A DNA stretch of 64,000 nucleotides from an uncultured Candidatus Berkelbacteria bacterium (GCA_903877885.1 CAIRFN010000005.1:17956-81955), one strand, 5' to 3'. Counted from the stretch's first letter, positions 34,967 through 45,129 are shown. The notes: generated by a model not told the origin, from the sequence alone. Program-made: numbers and translations.

Positions 34967-36037
34967 ATGGGAATCGAAACCAAAGAACCCCGCCAAATCG
35001 GGGCGCTGAACATTATGCTATCAGGACTTGTCCTGGATGAGCAGAACCCTCCGAAGGATGGATGGGTCTACTACAAAATGATGGAAAATGAAACCCTGGT
35101 ATTAAATTTTGTCGACAGTCGCGAAAAAGTCCTCGAAGCGGCCGAAGCCGTATTTAACACCTCGGCAGAAATTTCCGTGGCCAAACGCGCGCACAAGGAA
35201 TTCAAAGCGCTTTTGGTTGGGTACAAAGAGGCTGTCACCGCCTTTGAAAAAGCGGTTCATAGCCCAGGCGTAGTACAAACGCAAGAGGTTATCGGTCTCG
35301 GCGGTCGTAATCGTTGGCAACGGATAATTATCTACGACCTCGAAGATGAAGAGATCGAGGGTGATATGGTCGCCTGTCGAATCTACGGTGATGCCCGGAG
35401 TTGGTTTTTTAACCCGTTCTGGTGTGTGAACCTGGATAACGGCGGCGTCTACCCGGTTTTGGCACCGATCGGTAAACAAGCGGTCATCGTCGACCGTAAC
35501 GGTAGCACCATCCGGTTCTGCTGTTACTCTCACGAAGACGGTTGGGTTGTCGAGACATTCGACAAGCGTAAGCCTGTCAAAGCGCCACCGACACTACCGA
35601 AAACGACCGAGAAACTGGCACCGCCCCCACCGCCTGACGACAAACCGGAAGCAACAGTGATATCGGAAGTCCCCATCATCTGCCCGGAATGTGAAGCCGA
35701 AATCGGCGTACCGTTCCTCGACTATCAGGAGGCAGGCACGATTAGCTGTCCGAACTGTAAAACCAGTATCGGACCATTAATCAATGGCTCCACCCTCCTG
35801 ACCGCCGACGCCGTCGGTGTCAAGGTGGGACTGAATGAACAAATGATAGTGACGCTCGGCGAACAAAACCAGCCGATCTACACCATCGCCGGATTGGCCG
35901 GTATGGGCGACAGCGATCTTCGCAAGATGCTAAAGCTCAAACGAACATCGGAAGCGGCCACGATTATCTTGGCTGCCCAGGCATTTATGCCTGACGACAA
36001 TCCCGAGGAAGATGCGGATCAGGAGGATCCGCAATAA
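34967..36037 (+). CDS. Hypothetical protein with a C-terminal zinc ribbon (CPECEAEIG...CPNCKTSIG). GC-rich island
   Basis: 356 aa. AAGGAG RBS. Elevated GC. Tandem terminators downstream. Confidence 0.5.
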   Translation: MGIETKEPRQIGALNIMLSGLVLDEQNPPKDGWVYYKMMENETLVLNFVDSREKVLEAAEAVFNTSAEISVAKRAHKEFKALLVGYKEAVTAFEKAVHSPGVVQTQEVIGLGGRNRWQRIIIYDLEDEEIEGDMVACRIYGDARSWFFNPFWCVNLDNGGVYPVLAPIGKQAVIVDRNGSTIRFCCYSHEDGWVVETFDKRKPVKAPPTLPKTTEKLAPPPPPDDKPEATVISEVPIICPECEAEIGVPFLDYQEAGTISCPNCKTSIGPLINGSTLLTADAVGVKVGLNEQMIVTLGEQNQPIYTIAGLAGMGDSDLRKMLKLKRTSEAATIILAAQAFMPDDNPEEDADQEDPQ

Positions 36038-36055
36038 CATCAAAAGGAGGAATTA

Positions 36056-36121
36056 GGCCGGCTCGAAAGAGCCGGCCTTTTCCATACTTAAAAGCCCGGC
36101 GCGTAAGCGCCGGGCTTTTTC
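36056..36121 (+). terminator. Tandem rho-independent terminators
   Basis: ggccggctc-gaaa-gagccggcc tttt, then agcccggcgc-gtaa-gcgccgggct ttttt. Confidence 0.75.
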
Positions 36122-36139
36122 GTGGCATCAAAATGCCAA

Positions 36140-36703
36140 CTAAAAATCGATAAAAAGATAGGAAGGACCGCGGGAAAAATTCCAATCCACCATTCGGCCG
36201 CCGTTTAAGGCCGGACCAAGAATCAATTGAACGAAATCGCCGCGATCGTAATGGTTGAGAAAAAACCCTCGAACCGAGAGATTTTGTTGCCGTAAGCAAC
36301 CGAGGAACTCGATATTCCTTTCAATCGAGAGCTCGCCAGACATATCGGCATTCGGCGTCAGCCACTTGAGTTGCAATTTGGTCTTCGGAACTTTGGACTC
36401 AACCGAGTCCGCCTCTTCCTGAACCTTAACCAATTCTACTAGCCAAGCATCTTGCAGCTGGCTAATAAGATGAGCAATAATCCTTCCGGGAATAATCATA
36501 TTCCGGAAGGCTTCAACAGGTTCGCCGGCGCCTTTAATCGACCTACCATGAAACTCGTGCTCATATTCGCCACCCAAAGCAGCAGAAAGAGCATTTTGCG
36601 TTTCACGGTCAGCTTCGCGCCGCGGCCAACTGATAATATCATGGCCGAGAATGTTTTCCAGCCGGATTATAGAAATCCGATCCACTGGCAAAATCATCGC
36701 CAT
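36140..36703 (-). CDS. Hypothetical protein (187 aa), GC-elevated
   Basis: Intact ORF. No family recognised. Confidence 0.45.
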   Translation of the reverse strand: MAMILPVDRISIIRLENILGHDIISWPRREADRETQNALSAALGGEYEHEFHGRSIKGAGEPVEAFRNMIIPGRIIAHLISQLQDAWLVELVKVQEEADSVESKVPKTKLQLKWLTPNADMSGELSIERNIEFLGCLRQQNLSVRGFFLNHYDRGDFVQLILGPALNGGRMVDWNFSRGPSYLFIDF

Positions 36704-36763
36704 TTCCTCCTTTTTTTATTCAATTTTCAAAGAACATTGTATTATACCTTAAAATTGTCTGAA

Positions 36764-36833
36764 TGTCAAGAGAAAGCTCTTGACAAATAGTCAACAATGT
36801 AGTATAGTTGGTTGTTATCTTCCGGAAGATAAC
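36764..36833 (+). promoter_or_regulatory. Promoter plus operator complex: a TGTCAAGA-n6-TCTTGACA palindrome overlapping the -35, TTGACA, 17-bp spacer, TATAGT, then a perfect 20-bp palindrome gttatcttccggaagataac
   Basis: tgtcaagagaaagctcttgacaaatagtcaacaatgtagtatagt... The palindrome at 36814-36833 sits at about +5 to +25. Confidence 0.55.
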
Positions 36834-36938
36834 ATTGGCAAAGAGAAAAGGAGTTTCGTAGCTAAGAAGTTCGTAAGCTACGTAGCGCATTACAGATAGT
36901 TTCTGCCTAATCAAGCCTATACACAAGGAGACGAGTCA

Positions 36939-37664
36939 ATGCAACTCGCAGATTTCGTCAAAGACACAAATCCGGAGACCTATGCTGCCTTAACAAATGA
37001 GACAACGCAGGCCGAGGGAGCGACGCAAGTGCCGAGAAGTACACAACGGCCGATGCCAATCGCTGCAAATGTCCTGGACACCAGCAACTTCATCTTTAAC
37101 ACCAAAGTGATGACCCTGATGTTCCCGTTACCGCAGTCAGCGGCAACAATCACTGTCCCGATTCGTGATCGCGGTCAAAAGGCCGGCTTCAAACTGAAGC
37201 CGATTCACGACTTAAAATTCACAATCGTCGGGTACCCGACCGGTCGGATCCTTAGCACTATTGCCAAGAAAATGTCCGACCATCAGTTTGATTCCTTTGT
37301 CTGGCAAATCGAACAGCTCATTCGCCAAACAAACTGGAATTGGCAAGTCGCCGCCGATAAGGCTGGCAATGCCCAGTATTGGGAACTTTCCCGCGCTTAC
37401 CTGGAAGAGGTCAACTCACCGGATGGTAAAGGCAAGTATACCAGAGAAAACCGCCGCGGTTCAATCATCGCCTTGATCGATCTGCCGGGGTTGGAAGGTT
37501 TCTACTGCGAGCTGGAAAAGCTCGTCAGTAAGGCCGCTAACAAATCGACCACCCTGCCACGACCTGCCACCTACATCACCCTGATGGTGAAAGGTGCTAA
37601 TCAGGACGGCATTGGCATAAGCTCTCCCGACGAATTGGAAACGTACAAAGTCAAACGATGGTAA
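36939..37664 (+). CDS. Hypothetical protein (241 aa), GC-elevated
   Basis: AAGGAG RBS. Strong terminator at 37717-37741. Confidence 0.5.
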   Translation: MQLADFVKDTNPETYAALTNETTQAEGATQVPRSTQRPMPIAANVLDTSNFIFNTKVMTLMFPLPQSAATITVPIRDRGQKAGFKLKPIHDLKFTIVGYPTGRILSTIAKKMSDHQFDSFVWQIEQLIRQTNWNWQVAADKAGNAQYWELSRAYLEEVNSPDGKGKYTRENRRGSIIALIDLPGLEGFYCELEKLVSKAANKSTTLPRPATYITLMVKGANQDGIGISSPDELETYKVKRW

Positions 37665-37716
37665 TATTTTCTCTGGGAGGAGAGCAGTCGAAACAGGAGG
37701 TCTAGACTTAAATCAC

Positions 37717-37741
37717 AGCGCTCATGATGAGCGCTTTTTAA
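37717..37741 (+). terminator. Rho-independent terminator
   Basis: agcgctca-tga-tgagcgct followed by ttttt. Confidence 0.75.
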
Positions 37742-37752
37742 ATACAGACCAA

Positions 37753-37788
37753 AAGGACAGTCCTTCAGCGCGTTAAAGGACTGTCCTT
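37753..37788. repeat. REP-like palindromic element, copy 3
   Basis: aaggacagtcctt-cagcgcgtta-aaggactgtcctt tt. It is followed by a ttgataccagatacc motif. Confidence 0.8.
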
Positions 37789-37839
37789 TTGGATAATCTG
37801 ACACTTGATACCAGATACCAAATGCTATATACTTGACCC

Positions 37840-38793
37840 ATGACCATACAACAAATTTTTGAACTCGGAATTAAATTAGGCGTTAAAAACGATCCTCGAG
37901 GAAAAGTCGGCGTCAAACGCTGGCTTGATTTGCAAAAAAAGAAATTCGATAAAATCTCGAAAGAAGAAAAAGAATTTTTTGATTTAGAACGTTTAACCAA
38001 CCCTTATGCTGATAGTCGAATTTTATTTGACAATAAAAAACCAATCAAACGAATGGCGGCCGGGATTGATATTAATGTTGGCGAAATTGCCTTGTTAAAC
38101 ACACTTGAACCAAAAGTTGATTTAGTTATGGCTCATCATCCGGAAGGTAAAGCTCTGGCCGCGCTTGATGAAGTGATGCACTTACAAGCCGATCTGATGG
38201 CCAGTTACGGTGTCCCGATCAATGTAGCCGAAGGCGTGATGCGCGAACGAATTGAAAAAGTTTCTCGTCAAATTTCACCAAGTAATCATAAGCAAGCAGT
38301 TGATGCCGCGAAACTGGTTGATTTGCCAATGTTTTGTTTGCATACTCCTTGCGACAATTTAGTTTTCCAATTTTTGCAAAATTTAATGGATACGAAAAAA
38401 CCGGAAACTGTGGCTGAAATTGTGGAAATCCTCCAAAAAGTACCGGAATATCGCCTGGCGACTTTAGATAAAGCCGGTCCGCGAATTTTCGCTGGCAGTC
38501 CAGAAAATCGCTGTGGTAAAATCGTGGCCTTTGATATTACCGGCGGCACATCAGGTTCAAAAGAAGTTTATCCAGAATTAGTTCGAGCCAGCATTGGCAC
38601 GGTTATCGGTATGCATATGAATGAAGAAAACCGCGAAGAAGCGCTCAAAAATCATTTGAATATTGTCATCGCCGGCCATATTTCCTCCGACTCACTTGGT
38701 ATGAATTTATATTTAGATGAACTCGAAAAAGAAGGAATCGAGATAATTCCGATTAGTGGGTTGATCCGCGTAAAAAGAAGTAAGAAAAGTTAA
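37840..38793 (+). CDS. Nif3-family dinuclear metal centre protein (YqfO/YbgI-like)
   Basis: 317 aa. AHHPEG, HTPCDN and IVIAGHISSDSLGMN motifs. Possible TTGATA, 17-bp spacer, TATACT promoter at 37806-37834. Confidence 0.7.
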   Translation: MTIQQIFELGIKLGVKNDPRGKVGVKRWLDLQKKKFDKISKEEKEFFDLERLTNPYADSRILFDNKKPIKRMAAGIDINVGEIALLNTLEPKVDLVMAHHPEGKALAALDEVMHLQADLMASYGVPINVAEGVMRERIEKVSRQISPSNHKQAVDAAKLVDLPMFCLHTPCDNLVFQFLQNLMDTKKPETVAEIVEILQKVPEYRLATLDKAGPRIFAGSPENRCGKIVAFDITGGTSGSKEVYPELVRASIGTVIGMHMNEENREEALKNHLNIVIAGHISSDSLGMNLYLDELEKEGIEIIPISGLIRVKRSKKS

Positions 38794-38810
38794 AATTTAT
38801 AACTGTAGAC

Positions 38811-38904
38811 TGTCATTCCAGACCGGACGGCGTCAGGATCTGGAATCTAGGATAATTGTTTCTGGATTCCCGATGTCGGATTGCCATCCGACTCGGGAAT
38901 GACA
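38811..38904. repeat. Family-A MITE-like element, intergenic reference copy
   Basis: tgtcattccagaccggacggcgtcaggatctggaatctag gataattgttt ctggattcccgatgtcggattgccatccgactcgggaatgaca. The whole element is a long imperfect palindrome. Confidence 0.85.
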
Positions 38905-38921
38905 AAGAAAAATATAACAAA

Positions 38922-40070
38922 TTATTTATTAACTTCTTTCTTCAGTTCTTCCACTTTATCCGTTCTCTCCCAAGGTAAATCTAATTCTGGTCTACCGAAA
39001 TGGCCATAGGCGGCAATTTTTTGGTAGATTGGTTTTCGAAGATCTAAGGCTTGGATAATCATCCCTGGTCGTAAATCAAAAACTTTACTCACCGCTTGAG
39101 CGATTTTATCGTCTTCAATGGTGCCAGTACCAAACGTATCAATTCGCACCGACATTGGTTCAGCTCGACCGATGGCATAAGCAATCTGCACTTCACAGCG
39201 TTCGGCTAATTTTGCGGCAACGATATTCTTGGCCACCCATCTGGCCGCATAGCTACCCGACCGATCAACTTTACTCGGATCTTTTCCAGAGAAACAACCG
39301 CCACCGTGACGCGCATAGCCACCATAAGTATCAACAATAATTTTGCGGCCGGTCAGTCCAGTATCACCTTGCGGCCCACCAATCACAAACCGACCGGTGG
39401 TGTTGACATAGTAGTTTGTATTTTGAAGCAAGGATTTAGGGATAACTTTTTCAATTACTTTCTCGATAATTTCTTTTTTTAAGATCGATGTTTTAATATT
39501 TTCATCATGTTGTGCCGCAATTAAAACCGATTCGATGCGGACTGGTTTGTCGCCATCATATTCAACTGTAACCTGGCTTTTGCCGTCTGGTCGCAAGCCT
39601 TTGACAATCCCCTTTTTTCGAACTTCAGCCAAGCGTTGGCAAAGTTTGTGAGCCAAAACAATTGGCAAAGGCATTAATTCTTTGGTTTCGCGACAAGCAT
39701 AACCAAACATCAAACCTTGATCACCGGCGCCTAGATTTTCCAAGTCTTCGACCAAAGGACAGTCCTTTTGTTCCTTTAAGGACTGTCCTTTACTAAACGC
39801 ATCAACACCCTGTGCAATATCGGCTGATTGTTCCTTAACCGCCACCATTACACCGGAAGTTTCCCAGTGAAAACCATATTCGGCATTTGTATAGCCAATT
39901 TGTTTAATGACGTTGCGAGCGATTTTCGGAATATCGACATATGTTTTAGTGGTAATTTCTCCAGCGATAATACAAACGCCGTTGGTCAGCAATGTTTCGC
40001 AAGCGACTCGTCCTTGCGGATCGTCAGTTAAAATTGCATCGAGTACCGCATCACTAATCTGATCAGCCAT
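38922..40070 (-). CDS. metK: S-adenosylmethionine synthetase
   Basis: [35 protein letters not shown] and the rest of the canonical MetK sequence. Carries an in-frame REP-like insertion at 39765-39800 (..[17 protein letters not shown]..). Confidence 0.95.
   Translation of the reverse strand: MADQISDAVLDAILTDDPQGRVACETLLTNGVCIIAGEITTKTYVDIPKIARNVIKQIGYTNAEYGFHWETSGVMVAVKEQSADIAQGVDAFSKGQSLKEQKDCPLVEDLENLGAGDQGLMFGYACRETKELMPLPIVLAHKLCQRLAEVRKKGIVKGLRPDGKSQVTVEYDGDKPVRIESVLIAAQHDENIKTSILKKEIIEKVIEKVIPKSLLQNTNYYVNTTGRFVIGGPQGDTGLTGRKIIVDTYGGYARHGGGCFSGKDPSKVDRSGSYAARWVAKNIVAAKLAERCEVQIAYAIGRAEPMSVRIDTFGTGTIEDDKIAQAVSKVFDLRPGMIIQALDLRKPIYQKIAAYGHFGRPELDLPWERTDKVEELKKEVNK
39765..39800. repeat. REP-like palindromic element inserted in frame inside metK
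   Basis: aaggacagtcctt-ttgttccttt-aaggactgtcctt. It adds about 12-16 residues relative to the conserved MetK loop before GAGDQG. Confidence 0.8.
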
Positions 40071-40183
40071 TTTGTCAAGGATGCCCTTCAGTAACAGATT
40101 CTGATGTAAAGAATTTATTCATAGGACTATCTCCTTTCTAGAGCATAAAGCTTCCTCATATTTTTTATATTTATCTAATTTTT

Positions 40184-40277
40184 TGTCATTCCAGACCGGA
40201 TGGCATCAGGATCTGGAATCCAGAGTTAATTATTTCTGGATTCTTGATGTCGGAGTACCCTCCGGCTCGAGAATGAC
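40184..40277. repeat. Family-A MITE-like element in the metK 5' leader, between the riboswitch terminator and the start codon
   Basis: tgtcattccagaccggatggcatcaggatctggaatccag...ctggattcttgatgtcggagtaccctccggctcgagaatgaca. Confidence 0.8.
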
Positions 40278-40292
40278 ATAAAAAAACAAAAA

Positions 40293-40412
40293 TCACCGCA
40301 AGCGGTGAAATATATAAAAACATCTTTCCCGCAAGGGGTCGGAGGTAGCACCTAAATTAATGGGTTGCTGGTGGATCATCGGGCCGAATCCCTCACCACA
40401 CTCTTGATATTA
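40293..40412 (-). ncRNA. SAM-I (S-box) riboswitch with an intrinsic terminator, upstream of metK
   Basis: Minus-strand read: AUCAAGAGUGUGGUGAGGGAUUCGGCCCGAUGAUCCACCAGCAACC...GGUGCUACCUCCGAC. This matches the conserved SAM-I core AGAGnGGnGGAGGGAnnGGCCCGAUGAnnCCnnGCAACC...GGUGCUA. It is followed by a terminator tcaccgcttgcggtga plus a T-run at 40280-40308. Confidence 0.8.
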
Positions 40413-40528
40413 AAATTAATTTTTAACTAAATTTATCATATTATAACCATCTAACTTTTGTCAAACTCTTGCCTGGAAACAATTTTTGCTTTAAGATGTA
40501 AATATTAAATTTATATTTTAGGAGCAAA

Positions 40529-40957
40529 ATGAGCCACCACAAAAGTCAAACAATTTTAGTTCGTTGTCCCGATGATCGCTACAGTCCCGGTGAAATGCTA
40601 CACGCCGGACTGAAAGAAATTTTAAATTGCGAAGATTGTTTGGTTCGCTATGAGCCGAACGGTTTTGGCGGCGCCATGGAATTTTGCCACCCGGAAACTC
40701 AAACTGCTTGGCTCTGGCGCTTTAAAATCGCCGGCACACTTGAACCAAAAATCCAAAGATTAATCGTCATTAATCACACGCCTGGTTGTGGTGCGGTTTG
40801 CGCTGAATTTGGCCCGTTTGCTTCTGACGACGATGAAAAAAATAAACACCTCGAACTCTTGAGCCAAGCCGCGGAATTTATTGGAAAACACGCGCCCGAA
40901 ATTCAGTTCATTGGCTACCTTCAAACCCCCGAAGGCGTCAAAAAAATTATCGGTTAA
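40529..40957 (+). CDS. Hypothetical Cys-containing protein (142 aa)
   Basis: Intact ORF. RBS taggagcaaaATG. No family recognised. Confidence 0.4.
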   Translation: MSHHKSQTILVRCPDDRYSPGEMLHAGLKEILNCEDCLVRYEPNGFGGAMEFCHPETQTAWLWRFKIAGTLEPKIQRLIVINHTPGCGAVCAEFGPFASDDDEKNKHLELLSQAAEFIGKHAPEIQFIGYLQTPEGVKKIIG

Positions 40958-41047
40958 ATTTTAAACTCTTGATTTTTAGTTTTGTTTAATATATCCTGAA
41001 AATTACCTAAGCGAAAGTTTGGGTAATTTTTTTAGGGAGGGCGCACC

Positions 41048-41560
41048 ATGCCAGACAATGTAAAGCGAATGTTAGAAATTAAGTGCAACGAAGCGCGTTA
41101 TCGTGAGCTAAATCATCCGCTTCGGCGCGGGCTTAAAGCGATCCGTGCATTCCAACATCGTTATGAGGGCCACAAGATCTTTAGTGATGGAGAATGGGGC
41201 GGGCTTCATTACCTGGTCTATGGATCAGAAAAACATTGGCGCGATTCATTTGATTTTGCGATTAATGTAGCCCGTATTACCAGTATCGTCGGCATCCTTC
41301 ATTTGGATTGTGCTTGGGCCAAATGGAAAATGGAGCAATTAAATATTGGATATAGTCTTGAAACAGAAATGGAATTTTGCTTAAGAACAGCTCGAGCATC
41401 AACACTACTCCTTAACTACTATGCTTCAGGAATTCCTTTTGAGATCTTTCTTCATCATGAAGAAGAGCCTTACGAGGCATATCTATTTAACCCAATCAGA
41501 ACAATTTTTGAACCATTCACTATTCCGTTGGTTGAAAAAAACCAAATCATATCCTCATAA
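41048..41560 (+). CDS. Hypothetical protein (170 aa)
   Basis: RBS agggagggcgcaccATG. Terminator follows. Confidence 0.4.
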   Translation: MPDNVKRMLEIKCNEARYRELNHPLRRGLKAIRAFQHRYEGHKIFSDGEWGGLHYLVYGSEKHWRDSFDFAINVARITSIVGILHLDCAWAKWKMEQLNIGYSLETEMEFCLRTARASTLLLNYYASGIPFEIFLHHEEEPYEAYLFNPIRTIFEPFTIPLVEKNQIISS

Positions 41561-41564
41561 CTTT

Positions 41565-41588
41565 ACCCCGCTTCGGCGGGTTTTTTTA
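41565..41588 (+). terminator. Rho-independent terminator
   Basis: cccgc-ttcg-gcggg followed by ttttttt. Confidence 0.7.
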
Positions 41589-41669
41589 ATCTAATTTTAT
41601 CAAATTGAACCGTGCGTAAATTTCTAACGGGGTTGATTTTTCTTGACTCGTGTGTTAGCCTAGAAAAGT

Positions 41670-42413
41670 ATGAATATTTCTTTAGCTGCCGAAAAAATAA
41701 TTGAATTTGGACCCGTTGCTATTACCAACACCATGCTGGTCACTTGGGTAGCAGTGGTGCTTTTAATAACATTATCGTATTTTGCCACCAAGCATATGAC
41801 CAAAGTTCCAGGTAAATTACAAAACTTTTTTGAGTTTGTAGTCGAAGCCTTATTAAATTTGATTGATAATATTACTCAAGATCGCAAACAAAGCTTGAGA
41901 TTTTTACCACTTGTGGCCACCATTTTTCTGTTTATTATCACCTGCAATTGGATGGGTTTAATTCCCGGTTTTGAAACGATTGGCCGTTGGACAGTCGAAA
42001 ATGGCCATCAAGTCTTGGTACCATTTTTACGTTCACCGGCATCGGACTTAAATACCACCATTGCTCTAGCGCTTATTGCCATGGTTTCGGTTCAAATTAT
42101 CGGTATCAGTAGCGTTGGCTTTTTCCGTTACATTAAAAAATTTGTTAACTTCAAAGGCCCGATTGAATTTTTTGTCGGCGTCGTTGAAAGCATTTCCGAA
42201 TTTGCTAAAGTCATTTCCTTTAGTTTTCGTTTATTTGGCAATGTTTTCGCCGGCGGCGTTTTATTAGCAGTCGTTTCCAGCCTATTACCACTTATCGTTC
42301 CGATTCCTTTTTATGGCATGGAACTGTTTGTCGGTTTCATTCAAGCTTTGGTTTTTGCCATGTTAACCACTGTATTTTTACAGATGGCAACTGTTGCTCA
42401 CGACGAACACTAA
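41670..42413 (+). CDS. atpB: F0F1 ATP synthase subunit a
   Basis: 247 aa and polytopic. Conserved C-terminal region ..FRLFGNVFAGGVLL.. with the essential Arg. Confidence 0.9.
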   Translation: MNISLAAEKIIEFGPVAITNTMLVTWVAVVLLITLSYFATKHMTKVPGKLQNFFEFVVEALLNLIDNITQDRKQSLRFLPLVATIFLFIITCNWMGLIPGFETIGRWTVENGHQVLVPFLRSPASDLNTTIALALIAMVSVQIIGISSVGFFRYIKKFVNFKGPIEFFVGVVESISEFAKVISFSFRLFGNVFAGGVLLAVVSSLLPLIVPIPFYGMELFVGFIQALVFAMLTTVFLQMATVAHDEH

Positions 42414-42425
42414 ATTTTAAATTAA

Positions 42426-42677
<252 letters not shown>

Positions 42678-42739
42678 ACCCAGACACGCAGCAAGAAAAA
42701 ACTTGCTGTTGCTTGAGTTTAATAATATCGGAGGTTATT

Positions 42740-43222
42740 TTGGAAGCACTTGGTATTGATGGAAAACTTTTACTTGGTCAGATAGTCAATTTTTTGATTC
42801 TTTTTGGCGCGCTCGGATATTTCTTATATAAACCAGTGGTAAAAATGTTGACTGATCGCCAAAACACCATTGCCGATTCTTTGGAAAACGCCAAAAAAAT
42901 TGAAGAAAACTTGGCTAAATCAGAAGCCAAAACTAAAGCAGCTTTGGAATTAGCTCAAAGCGAAGCCCGAAAAGTGCTGGAAGAAGCAATTAAATTAGCT
43001 TCTGATCAGAAAAACAAAATCCTAGCCGAAGCCCAAACCCAATCAGATCGAATTATTGCCAGCGCCAAAGCCGAAGCCAAACAAGCCAAAGATGATGTTG
43101 TGGCTGACGCCAAAAAAGAATTGTCTTCTGTGGTTTTGGCCGCGTTGGATAAAATTATTGGTCATGATATTGATGAAACCACCAAAGAAAAATTAACCAA
43201 GAATGCAATTGAAGAAATCTAA
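42740..43222 (+). CDS. atpF: F0F1 ATP synthase subunit b
   Basis: N-terminal TM followed by a long charged helix. TTG start at 42740 after GGAGG. The track opens at an upstream TTG at 42713. Confidence 0.8.
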   Translation: MEALGIDGKLLLGQIVNFLILFGALGYFLYKPVVKMLTDRQNTIADSLENAKKIEENLAKSEAKTKAALELAQSEARKVLEEAIKLASDQKNKILAEAQTQSDRIIASAKAEAKQAKDDVVADAKKELSSVVLAALDKIIGHDIDETTKEKLTKNAIEEI

Positions 43223-43605
43223 TGAAAATTTCTCCTAATAATTTTGCGAACGCTTTAATCGATTCTGCAGAGCCCGATAATCTTAAAATTATTGCTCGTA
43301 ATTTTTGGTACAAATTGCAAAAAAATAAACAATACAAAGATTTTGCAAAAGTTTTGGACGCGATTGATCTTGAATCAGCAAAAATTCAAAACAAAATTTT
43401 AGCGAAAATTTATTCAAAAAATGAATTAACCGATCAAGATAAGCAAACCATTAATGAAAAATTAGAAAAAAAGTTTCAAAAAGCAATTGTTTTGAAAAAT
43501 ATTATTGGCAAGAATATCACGGGTATAATTATCAAGATTGATGATAAAATAATTGATCTTTCCCTTGAGGGAAAACTCGATAAAATTAAACGGCTTTTTA
43601 ATTAA
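43222..43605 (+). CDS. atpH: F0F1 ATP synthase subunit delta (short form)
   Basis: Position in the operon between b and alpha. 127 aa with an OSCP-like C-terminus (..IIGKNITGIIIKIDDKIIDLSLEGKL..). Start overlaps the atpF stop. Confidence 0.65.
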   Translation: MKISPNNFANALIDSAEPDNLKIIARNFWYKLQKNKQYKDFAKVLDAIDLESAKIQNKILAKIYSKNELTDQDKQTINEKLEKKFQKAIVLKNIIGKNITGIIIKIDDKIIDLSLEGKLDKIKRLFN

Positions 43606-43614
43606 GGAAGTAAA

Positions 43615-45129
43615 ATGAGTAATTACAACATTGTTGAAGAACTAAAAAAAGAGATTATGGATTTTGACACTAACGCCAAAGAAGAATCTGCTGGCGAAGT
43701 AGCCGAAATCGGTGACGGTATTGCTAAAATTTACGGCCTTCGTGATGCCAAAAACGGCGAACTTCTAACCATTCATACTTCCACCTCCGAGGTGGCCGCA
43801 ATGGTTTTAAACCTTGAAGAAACCACTATCGGCGCCATTATTTTGGGCGATTACAAAAAAATTCAAGCTGGTGATAAAGTCAGTACCACCGGAAATGTGG
43901 CTGAAATTCCTGTTTCCGAGGAAATTATCGGTCGTGTCGTTGATCCACTCGGCGTTCCACTTGATGGCAAGGCTGATATCAAAGCTGTTAAATCAATGCC
44001 AATCGAAAAAGTCGCGCCTGGCGTTATTACTCGACTGGGCGTTTCTGTGCCGCTTCAAACCGGTATTAAAGCAATTGATGCTCTGATTCCGATTGGTCGC
44101 GGTCAACGCGAACTCATTATTGGCGATCGCGGCACAGGGAAAACCGCCATCGCCATTGATACTATTATTAACCAAAAAAATCTGCCAAAAGAAAACAGAC
44201 CGATTTGTATTTATGTGGCTATTGGTCAAAAGAAATCCAAAGTTGCCCGCATCGCCGCGATTTTGGAAGAACACGGCGCCATGGAATACACCACCATTGT
44301 TTTGGCCGGCGCTTCAGATCCAGCGCCGCTATCTTACATTGCCCCATATTCTGGTTGCGCTATTGGCGAATATTTTATGGAACAAGGCAAAGATGTTTTG
44401 ATTGTTTTTGATGATTTAACCAAGCACGCTTGGGCTTATCGCCAAGTTTCTTTGTTACTTCGCCGCCCACCAGGTCGCGAAGCTTATCCAGGCGATGTTT
44501 TCTATCTCCACTCTCGATTATTGGAACGCTCTGCTCGTTTAAACAAAGATTTTGGCGGCGGCTCAATGACAGCTTTACCAATCATCGAAACCCAAGCGGG
44601 CGATGTTTCCGCTTATATTCCAACCAATGTTATTTCCATTACCGACGGCCAGATTTTCTTGGAATCCGATCTTTTTTACCAAGGTATTCGACCAGCTTTA
44701 AACATCGGTATATCGGTATCACGTGTCGGCGGCGCCGCTCAAATTAAAGCGATGAAAAAAGTCGCGGGAAAATTAAAATTGGAAATGGCTCAATATCGTG
44801 AACTGGCAGCTTTCGCTCAATTTGCATCAGATTTGGATGCCGATACCAAAAAAACCATTGAGCGTGGCAAACGCATGACCGAGGTGATGAAACAGCCACA
44901 ATATCAACCAATGCCAGTCGAAGAACAAGTGGTGATTTTGTACGCGGTTTCCAACGGTTATTTGGATGGTTATGATGTTACTGAAATTCAAGATATTGCC
45001 AAGGAATTGACCATCAAAGCCCAAAGCGAGGGCAAAGCCATTTTAGCCGAAATCCGCGAAAAATCAGTTATTGACGAAGCCTTAGAAGCCAAACTAAAAT
45101 CGTTTTTAGAAAAAAATACGAAAAAATAA
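43615..45129 (+). CDS. atpA: F0F1 ATP synthase subunit alpha
   Basis: GDRGTGKT Walker A plus the complete conserved alpha-subunit sequence. Confidence 0.95.
   Translation: MSNYNIVEELKKEIMDFDTNAKEESAGEVAEIGDGIAKIYGLRDAKNGELLTIHTSTSEVAAMVLNLEETTIGAIILGDYKKIQAGDKVSTTGNVAEIPVSEEIIGRVVDPLGVPLDGKADIKAVKSMPIEKVAPGVITRLGVSVPLQTGIKAIDALIPIGRGQRELIIGDRGTGKTAIAIDTIINQKNLPKENRPICIYVAIGQKKSKVARIAAILEEHGAMEYTTIVLAGASDPAPLSYIAPYSGCAIGEYFMEQGKDVLIVFDDLTKHAWAYRQVSLLLRRPPGREAYPGDVFYLHSRLLERSARLNKDFGGGSMTALPIIETQAGDVSAYIPTNVISITDGQIFLESDLFYQGIRPALNIGISVSRVGGAAQIKAMKKVAGKLKLEMAQYRELAAFAQFASDLDADTKKTIERGKRMTEVMKQPQYQPMPVEEQVVILYAVSNGYLDGYDVTEIQDIAKELTIKAQSEGKAILAEIREKSVIDEALEAKLKSFLEKNTKK

Noticed and set aside
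40321-40420. tRNA-like appearance of ggggtcggaggtagcacc on the plus strand
   Set aside because: The reverse complement is an unambiguous SAM-I riboswitch core upstream of metK.
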